IMG/VR virus record: IMGVR_UViG_3300025645_000054
Location: 1 to 64,000 of that record
Origin: a virus
Reading direction: 5' to 3' (one strand)
DNA: 64,000 nt
Numbering within the stretch: position 1 is the stretch's first letter; each line of letters starts with the position of its first letter. Shown piece by piece: positions 57,634 through 64,000 of this stretch. The notes under the pieces are model-generated. The model saw only the letters and a program-made list of their open reading frames with translations, had not been told where the DNA came from and did not search any database. The position numbers and the translations under genes were made by a program.

Positions 57634-58037
57634 TGCAAGCAAAGCTCAGAAAACAGATCCGGCAACTCCGGACACTGGGCTTTGATCGAGATCAAATGGT
57701 TCTGGTCCTGTCCCCGCCAGCGTATAAGAAACTGGCGAAGGACGGGATCTTTCTGATCTCTGAGGGGCACTGGGAAGGGGTAAGGCTGGAGATAGCCAAG
57801 TATCCACTCGTCCTTGCCTATGTCTGGGCCCCTTACCACAGCTATGATCTCCGTCAGTACCCCGATGGGATGGTGAAGATCCTCGTCAACAATGCTGACC
57901 ACAGGATCTTGGATATGCCCCGATTGGTGGCCCCTTCGGGGGACATCCTTCACTTCAGTCCGGAGCAGACCAAAGGTGTCGGCCCCGGGCGGATCAATAT
58001 CACTGGGACACTGGTGGCTATTGCTCCGATTGCATAG
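57630..58037 (+). CDS. Hypothetical protein
   Basis: Coupled ORF. Confidence 0.6.
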   Translation: MMQAKLRKQIRQLRTLGFDRDQMVLVLSPPAYKKLAKDGIFLISEGHWEGVRLEIAKYPLVLAYVWAPYHSYDLRQYPDGMVKILVNNADHRILDMPRLVAPSGDILHFSPEQTKGVGPGRINITGTLVAIAPIA

Positions 58038-58061
58038 TAATGTCCGACATTTCCCTGCAAT
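58029..58061. promoter_or_regulatory. Degenerate inverted pair of motif B
   Basis: ATTGCATAGTAATGTC-C-GACATTTCCCTGCAAT. Confidence 0.65.
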
Positions 58062-58074
58062 CTAACTAGGTCTC

Positions 58075-58539
58075 ATGAAGTTCTTGACATACAAGGACTT
58101 AATGAGCAAAAGTGTACCCCCTTGGAAGCAAGCCGAGCGAGATTTTGAAGGTTTCTTCAATGACATGGGCAAGAAGGCCTATGTCCATCGCCTCACAGAC
58201 ACCGCCGCGGCCAAGGCCACGGGGGGCAAGGGGGCCTTCGTCGTCGCCCAGCCCTCAGATTACATCGGGGTGATGCCGGGGATCACCTTTTTTGGGGAGG
58301 TGAAATCCTCACAAGACCTTGTGTCTTTCCCCCACAGCAACATCAAGCGCAACCAACTGGCTCAGTCCCGACGGATCATCGCCGCCGGCGGCTCCTACCT
58401 CTTCTTCATCAAGAGTGAACATTTCAAAGAATGGTTCCTCGTTCCCGCTCAATTCTTCATCGCCAACATCAAGGGGAAGAAGTCCACAAAATGGACCGAT
58501 CTCGCCGAATACAAGTGGAACCCCAATGAACTTTCCTGA
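58075..58539 (+). CDS. RecU-like Holliday junction resolvase (PD-(D/E)XK)
   Basis: PSDYIG...FGEVKS...NQ...GGSYLFFI; start may be at 58102. Confidence 0.75.
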   Translation: MKFLTYKDLMSKSVPPWKQAERDFEGFFNDMGKKAYVHRLTDTAAAKATGGKGAFVVAQPSDYIGVMPGITFFGEVKSSQDLVSFPHSNIKRNQLAQSRRIIAAGGSYLFFIKSEHFKEWFLVPAQFFIANIKGKKSTKWTDLAEYKWNPNELS

Positions 58540-59074
58540 CATCATGGTCGACATCGAGACCACCGGCACTCAGCCAGAGCGCACCAATATGATCCAGCTG
58601 GCAGCTGTCCGGTTCAACCTCAAGACAGGGGACGTGGACACGAATTTCTTCGACCGCTGCCTCCTGCCTCTCCCCACCCGTTTCTGGGATGAGGATACCC
58701 GCACTTGGTGGTCCAAGATGCCAAAGATCCTGGACGGGATCTGGGGCCGCATGGAACCCCCCGCGAAGGTCATGCAGGATTTCGGCCGATGGGCTGGTCA
58801 TGAGAACGAAGCGGAGACCCTGCATTTTTGGGGGAAGCCTATCAGTTTCGATTACGCGTTCGTGGCCAGCTACTTCCGGGACATGGGTCAGATCAATCCG
58901 TTCCACTTCCGTATGGCGCAGGACCAGAACACCTTCATCCGCGCACGGTACTTCCCTGAAGACCCTCCCCCGATCGAGAAGGAAATCGAGTTCATGGGGG
59001 ACGCACACAACGCTCTCCACGATGCCCTTCATCAGGTCCGCGTGGTCCTCGAGGCATATGAAAGAACACGATAA
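58526..59074 (+). CDS. DEDDh 3'-5' exonuclease
   Basis: IMVDIET, TRTWWSK, SFD, HNALHDA. Confidence 0.85.
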   Translation: MNFPDIMVDIETTGTQPERTNMIQLAAVRFNLKTGDVDTNFFDRCLLPLPTRFWDEDTRTWWSKMPKILDGIWGRMEPPAKVMQDFGRWAGHENEAETLHFWGKPISFDYAFVASYFRDMGQINPFHFRMAQDQNTFIRARYFPEDPPPIEKEIEFMGDAHNALHDALHQVRVVLEAYERTR

Positions 59075-59075
59075 T

Positions 59076-59609
59076 ATGGGAAAACACAGCAACTTTCTTC
59101 GTCGGAAACATGATCAGTATTTCACTCCGGAGAAACCGGTGTTCTCTCTGGTCCCGTACCTCCCACAGGATACTTTCACGTTCATAGAACCCTGTGCTGG
59201 AGACGGCCGGTTGGTATGTCACTTGGAGCGAAACACGTCGGGAGTTTGTGTCGGAGCTTATGACATCGACCCTAAACCTGGAGATTTCCACGTCAGATCA
59301 GGGGATGCTTTTGACCCTGTGGATGTATCAGTAGATTTCTTCATTACCAACCCCCCGTGGACCCGTCAGATCCTGCACCCGATGATCATTCACCTGTCGG
59401 ACATGAAACCCACTTGGCTCCTGTTCGACGGTGATTGGCTATTCACCAAGCAGGCCAAGCCATACCTGCCCCGCCTGAAGAAGGTCGTGGCTGTGGGGCG
59501 GGTCAGCTGGATGGAGAACGGGACCAGTGGAAAAGACAACGCAGCTTGGTACCTCTTCGACCGGGGGAACAACCAACAGACAGAATTTTATGGAAAGGAC
59601 GCAGCATGA
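59076..59609 (+). CDS. Amino (N6A/N4C) DNA methyltransferase
   Basis: DQYFTP, IEPCAGDG, ITNPPW. Confidence 0.85.
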   Translation: MGKHSNFLRRKHDQYFTPEKPVFSLVPYLPQDTFTFIEPCAGDGRLVCHLERNTSGVCVGAYDIDPKPGDFHVRSGDAFDPVDVSVDFFITNPPWTRQILHPMIIHLSDMKPTWLLFDGDWLFTKQAKPYLPRLKKVVAVGRVSWMENGTSGKDNAAWYLFDRGNNQQTEFYGKDAA

Positions 59610-60514
59610 AATATGTGACAGTCGGCGATCCCCACCTGGGGCGCAAGTTTCGTACCGGCGTCCCGCTGCACCGTATCGGTGACCGCGAGGCGATGGTGTG
59701 GGCCCAGTTCGAGAAAGAACTGAAATCCCATGATGGGGACATCCACATCAACATGGGAGATCTCTTCGACAAATTTGTCGTCAGCCCTGAAGTCGTCCTC
59801 CGTGCTGCGGACCTGTATCTCAACGCGGCGAAGAACCTCCCCAGCTGCCGCTTCTACGTGCTCCGTGGCAACCACGATGCCTCAAAAGACACGACCAAGC
59901 GGTCTTCCTTTGATATCTTCACCCAACTGGTCGCGGGAGCGCCTAACATCTCTGTGGTCTCCTCAACTCAGGTTGTCGATGGCACGATCGGACTCGTTGG
60001 CTATGATCCGTTTGTCCCTGTCGTAGACCAGATTGAGGAGCTGCCGGATGAACTAGACGTGGTCTATATGCACCACGACTTCGTGGATTTTGGCGGTGAC
60101 CATGTCATCCCGACAGAGCTTCTGGCCCGCAGGGGTATCTTCAAAGTGGTCAATGGCCACGATCACCTGAAGCGTACCGAGAAGCGCCATGGTGTGACCG
60201 TGGAGCTCACCGGTTCCATGCAGCCCTACACCCACGCCGAGGATGACACGGGAGACTGGTACCAGACGCACACGCTGGAAACCATTCCCGGGGACTGCAC
60301 CAACCTGAACATTCGGGTGCTGCTGACAGAGGGTGAGATCCTGCCTGAGGACCTCGACTGTCTGTCCCTGATCGGCAAGCGCGTGGTCGAGGGAGAGCAA
60401 GACCTCGAGGTCGACACCACGGAATTTGACACCTTCGACATCCACACCGCGCTGTCCGAGGCTGTGCACCCGGAGGTCCGGGCCCTCATCATGGAGAAAT
60501 TCGATGCTGCGTAA
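59606..60514 (+). CDS. SbcD/Mre11-like metallophosphoesterase nuclease
   Basis: GDPHLG, GDLFD, GNHD, GHDH, GS. Confidence 0.88.
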   Translation: MKYVTVGDPHLGRKFRTGVPLHRIGDREAMVWAQFEKELKSHDGDIHINMGDLFDKFVVSPEVVLRAADLYLNAAKNLPSCRFYVLRGNHDASKDTTKRSSFDIFTQLVAGAPNISVVSSTQVVDGTIGLVGYDPFVPVVDQIEELPDELDVVYMHHDFVDFGGDHVIPTELLARRGIFKVVNGHDHLKRTEKRHGVTVELTGSMQPYTHAEDDTGDWYQTHTLETIPGDCTNLNIRVLLTEGEILPEDLDCLSLIGKRVVEGEQDLEVDTTEFDTFDIHTALSEAVHPEVRALIMEKFDAA

Positions 60515-62270
60515 GCTCTACATCAACCACATGTTTCGACATAACGATGTGACTTTTGAGTTCCAAAAGGGACTGACAGGGATCATCGGCCCCAACGAGA
60601 GTGGCAAGAGCCTGATCACAGAAGCGGTTCGCTATGCTCTGTTTGGTTCGCAGGCCCTGCGCGGGACCTCTGAGGATTACAAAAAGCTGCATGTCGAACT
60701 GGACTTCACAGTTTCTGACGTTGACTACCACGTCACCCGGAAGGGCAGTCGCGCCGAACTGACTGGTGGGGTACAGGCCACGGCCACCAAGCCGGTGAAT
60801 GAAGCCCTCATTCGGATCCTTGGCTACAACCTGACTGTGTTCGACGTGGCCAACGCCTGCAACCAAGGTCAGGTCGAGGCGCTGTCAGACATGCGGCCGG
60901 CCGAGCGCAAGGCCATGGTTGATCAAACAGTGGGTCTCGATGTCCTCGACGGGATCATCAAGTTCTGCGGCGACGAGGGCAACGCGCTGAAGCGCGAGGC
61001 TCAGGGACTGGAGCGGACCCTGATCGCACCTGTGGCCCCGGAAGTGCCCGAGGATATAATGGACGTCGCGGACGCAGAGGCCGAGCTGGCCGAGGCCGAG
61101 TTCCTGTCCAACGAGTATCTGCAGCTGAAGGGGGCCCTGTCTTCGGCCCCTGTGAAGCCCAAGAAGCCCAAGGCCTGTAAGGTCAAGGACCCCATCGAGG
61201 TACTGGAGGCGATCTTGGAACGCCGTAAGACTTTGATCTCCTCGATCGCCAACACCCAGCGTCTGCAGAAAGAACTGGACCTGCCTTTCACTTCGATCGC
61301 AGAGATCAATGGCTACGAGGAACAACACGCGGCCTATGACCTCTGGGTCTCTAAGAAGAAGTTGCTGGATCAGGGCAACCTCGAGTGCCCCGATTGCGGA
61401 CACTCCTGGCCCGTGGCCGAGGGACTGGACCAATACGCCGATGTGGTGGAGGTCTCACCCCCTTCTATGACCCGGGCCGCGATCGCCACCCAGCGCGGTC
61501 TGCATGAGAACTATGCCAAGCTGGAGAGCTTCCGGACCCGGGCCGCGGCCTATGAAGAAGAGCTGGCCGAGACGACGGACCGCTCAGAGGATCTGAAGGT
61601 TCGTCGGGATTGGGAGCAGGAGCAGCTGACCTATGAGAGCCAGCTGGTTGCGTACAAGACCTACTCAGAGGGTCTGGAAGAGAAGCAAGCCCAGTTCGAA
61701 CTGCTGGAGGGGTGGCCTGAGGTCAAGCAAAGCCTGACCCAGGTACTGGCGATCTCCCGGGGCTACGCCAAGGACAAGGCCGTCTTTGACAAGCAACAGC
61801 GGGTCTATGAAGAGAACCGCCAAGTGCATGAAGATCTGGTGTATCGGGCCGAGTGTTTCCTCCAGAGCCGAAAGGCTGTCGGGGATCTGAAACTGCGGAT
61901 CAAGACACACCTGTTGCCCTCGCTGAACAGCGTGGCGTCCCTGTTGCTGAACCGCATGACCGGTGGGGAGCGCTCACTGGTCCAGATCGACACGGATTTT
62001 GAGATCCTGATCGACGACCAGCGTCTCCACACTCTTTCAGGATCCGGTAAGGCGGTGGCCAATCTGGCTGTCCGCTTGGCCCTTGGCCAGATCCTGACCA
62101 ACCGGGTCTTCTCTGTATTCATGGCTGACGAGATCGATGCCTCCATGGATGAAGAGCGGGCTGCGTACACCGCCGAGGCCCTGCGACGTCTCACCAATCA
62201 AGTGGCCCAAGTGATCCAAGTGACCCACAAACGGCCAGAAACCGATCACACAATCGAGCTGAATAAATGA
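60504..62270 (+). CDS. SbcC/Rad50-like ATPase
   Basis: GPNESGKS, coiled coil with CPDC hook, LSGSG signature, DEID. Confidence 0.9.
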   Translation: MLRKLYINHMFRHNDVTFEFQKGLTGIIGPNESGKSLITEAVRYALFGSQALRGTSEDYKKLHVELDFTVSDVDYHVTRKGSRAELTGGVQATATKPVNEALIRILGYNLTVFDVANACNQGQVEALSDMRPAERKAMVDQTVGLDVLDGIIKFCGDEGNALKREAQGLERTLIAPVAPEVPEDIMDVADAEAELAEAEFLSNEYLQLKGALSSAPVKPKKPKACKVKDPIEVLEAILERRKTLISSIANTQRLQKELDLPFTSIAEINGYEEQHAAYDLWVSKKKLLDQGNLECPDCGHSWPVAEGLDQYADVVEVSPPSMTRAAIATQRGLHENYAKLESFRTRAAAYEEELAETTDRSEDLKVRRDWEQEQLTYESQLVAYKTYSEGLEEKQAQFELLEGWPEVKQSLTQVLAISRGYAKDKAVFDKQQRVYEENRQVHEDLVYRAECFLQSRKAVGDLKLRIKTHLLPSLNSVASLLLNRMTGGERSLVQIDTDFEILIDDQRLHTLSGSGKAVANLAVRLALGQILTNRVFSVFMADEIDASMDEERAAYTAEALRRLTNQVAQVIQVTHKRPETDHTIELNK

Positions 62271-62605
62271 ATGACCTGCTGAAAACAAATCGGTGTCCTC
62301 ACGACATCGCCGAGAAGCTGGACATCCCACTGGCCAAGGCGCGCAAGATGGTGATGGACTGCAATTTTGAACTTGAGGGCTGGGGCCGGCCGGGGCTGCA
62401 GAAGCACATCATCTCCCGCAAGCGGTCCACGGCCAGCTGGCCCCAGCACCACCGGGAGCGGATCCATCAGTTTCAAAAGCTCCACGATCAGGGGCGCATC
62501 AACATTTGTCAGGGTAAGGACGGGGACTTCTGCATTCTCTATGCCCTCCCCAACCGTGTTCAGATCTCGCGGGATCCATACTTTTTCGTGGAAAGGGGCT
62601 ACTGA
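62267..62605 (+). CDS. Hypothetical protein
   Basis: Coupled ORF; possible N-terminal HTH. Confidence 0.65.
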   Translation: MNDLLKTNRCPHDIAEKLDIPLAKARKMVMDCNFELEGWGRPGLQKHIISRKRSTASWPQHHRERIHQFQKLHDQGRINICQGKDGDFCILYALPNRVQISRDPYFFVERGY

Positions 62606-63159
62606 TGCTGATCGGAATTGTAGGCAAGAAGGGGGCCGGTAAGGACACCGCGGCCGAGGGTCTTCTGGAGATGGGGTTCGTCAACCTGAAGATGGCGGAT
62701 ACCCTGAAGGATATGCTGCGGGCGTTGTACGCCTGTGCGCAGATCCCGATCGAGATGGTTGAGCGGAAAGTTGAGGGGGACTTGAAAGAGGTCCCCTGTG
62801 ACATTCTTCAAGGTCAGACGCCCCGCCACGCGATGCAAACATTGGGGACAGAGTGGCGCAACATGATCGGGCGCGACCTCTGGACCGACATTTGGCGATC
62901 TCGTCTCGAGGCATGTGCCCGCGAGGGACGGCCCGTTGTCTGCACTGACATCCGGTTTCAGCATGAGCTCGACCTGCTGACGGAACTGGGTGGGTTTGCC
63001 ATTCGTATCGAACGCCCCGATCTGTTCTCCACAGATGGGCACATTTCTGAGACGGAAATGCTGGATCTGCAGGTGGACGTCGTTCTCACCAACGATGGCG
63101 AAAAAGAAGATCTCCAGATCGCCATGACCTACCTCTTAACTTCAGGACTTCTCAAATGA
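62605..63159 (+). CDS. Deoxynucleoside monophosphate kinase
   Basis: GKKGAGKDT, ADTLK, TPRHAMQTLGTEWR, TDIRF, HISE. Confidence 0.92.
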   Translation: MLIGIVGKKGAGKDTAAEGLLEMGFVNLKMADTLKDMLRALYACAQIPIEMVERKVEGDLKEVPCDILQGQTPRHAMQTLGTEWRNMIGRDLWTDIWRSRLEACAREGRPVVCTDIRFQHELDLLTELGGFAIRIERPDLFSTDGHISETEMLDLQVDVVLTNDGEKEDLQIAMTYLLTSGLLK

Positions 63160-63998
63160 CCACAACTGTTGAAATGATCGCAGACTCGATATCCCCCGAG
63201 GGTATTCGTCTGCCAACCATGGTGCTCCGGAACCCCCGGATGATCCACTCCGAGTTCATGACCCACCGTGTGGTTTCACGAAACGCCTCATCCTCCCGGG
63301 CCATCCCCCTGAAGCGGGCCCGGGCCGACATCCGGAACGACCCCGCCTATCCAGCTTCATGGGGGTCGAACCAGCGTGGTATGCAGGCCGGCTCAGATCT
63401 CTCTGGCTGGCGTCTGGGGCTGACCAAAGCCGCATGGAACCACCATCGGCGCATGTCCTTGTTCTGCTCCTGGCTCACCGAGAAGGCCGGGGCCCACAAA
63501 CAAATCGGCAACCGCCTGACCGAGACCCACAGCCACATCTCACTGGTGGTGACGGCCACGTCATGGGCCAATTTCGAGGCCCTGCGGGACCACCCCGATG
63601 CGGATCCCACGATCCAGCTGACCGCCCGGGCCATTAAGGAGTGTATGGCCGCTTCGACCCCCACGCTGTTGCACCCGGGTGAGTGGCATCTTCCCTTCGT
63701 CAAGGAATACGAACAGGAGAGCTTCACTCTGGCGGAGTGCAAGGTCATGTCCGTGGCCCGCACCGCGCGTATCTCCTACAACACCCATGACGGCAAGCAC
63801 TCCTCACTGGAGAATGACCAGCTTCTCTATGACCAGCTGATGGGGTTCCCGGTCCATGCCTCACCTTTTGAGCATCAAGCGACCCCGGACAAGAAGTGGT
63901 CCCGCAACCGCTGGGGCAAGCCCGATCTTCATGGGAACATCTATGGTTGGATACAGCACCGCAAGATGATCGAGGGGGAGGCCATCCATGAGTACTGA
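63156..63998 (+). CDS. thyX: Flavin-dependent thymidylate synthase (phage ThyX-like)
   Basis: HSEFMTHRVVSRNASSSRAIP, HKQIGNRL, ARISY, HASPFEHQA. Confidence 0.85.
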   Translation: MTTTVEMIADSISPEGIRLPTMVLRNPRMIHSEFMTHRVVSRNASSSRAIPLKRARADIRNDPAYPASWGSNQRGMQAGSDLSGWRLGLTKAAWNHHRRMSLFCSWLTEKAGAHKQIGNRLTETHSHISLVVTATSWANFEALRDHPDADPTIQLTARAIKECMAASTPTLLHPGEWHLPFVKEYEQESFTLAECKVMSVARTARISYNTHDGKHSSLENDQLLYDQLMGFPVHASPFEHQATPDKKWSRNRWGKPDLHGNIYGWIQHRKMIEGEAIHEY

Positions 63999-64000
63999 TG

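Overview
The window is a ~64 kb slice of a temperate long-tailed (siphovirus-like) dsDNA phage. GapR and MucR homologues point to an alphaproteobacterial host, probably Rhodobacterales. The phage is in non-integrated form: an intact attP (3' 50 nt of tRNA-Lys(UUU)) lies beside int/xis with phage genes on both sides. Positions 1-30737 (minus strand) hold the morphogenesis operon: TerL, portal, protease/scaffold, decoration, MCP, neck, tail tube, frameshifted chaperones, tape measure, lambda-like M/L/K/I/J tip and two tail-fibre clusters. Positions 30867-34278 hold a TerS-like gene coupled to a primase-helicase. Positions 34300-36670 are a palindrome- and repeat-rich control region (candidate terminus/origin). 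Positions 36670-48300 are about 30 small early/accessory genes, and 48300-64000 cover integration, regulation and DNA replication/nucleotide metabolism. The most interesting signals are non-coding or recoded. (i) A 21-bp palindromic operator lies just before five early genes. (ii) A second motif, CATTTCCATGCAAT, marks the replication/lysogeny promoters. (iii) A recurring C-rich tract plus GNRA mini-hairpin (ATCC-GNRA-GGA) contains the Shine-Dalgarno of operon-leading genes. (iv) A cuckoo-like anti-SD structured RNA precedes polA. (v) A candidate -1 frameshift would swap the C-terminal domain of the primase-helicase. All annotation is by eye from motifs and synteny; no searches were run.
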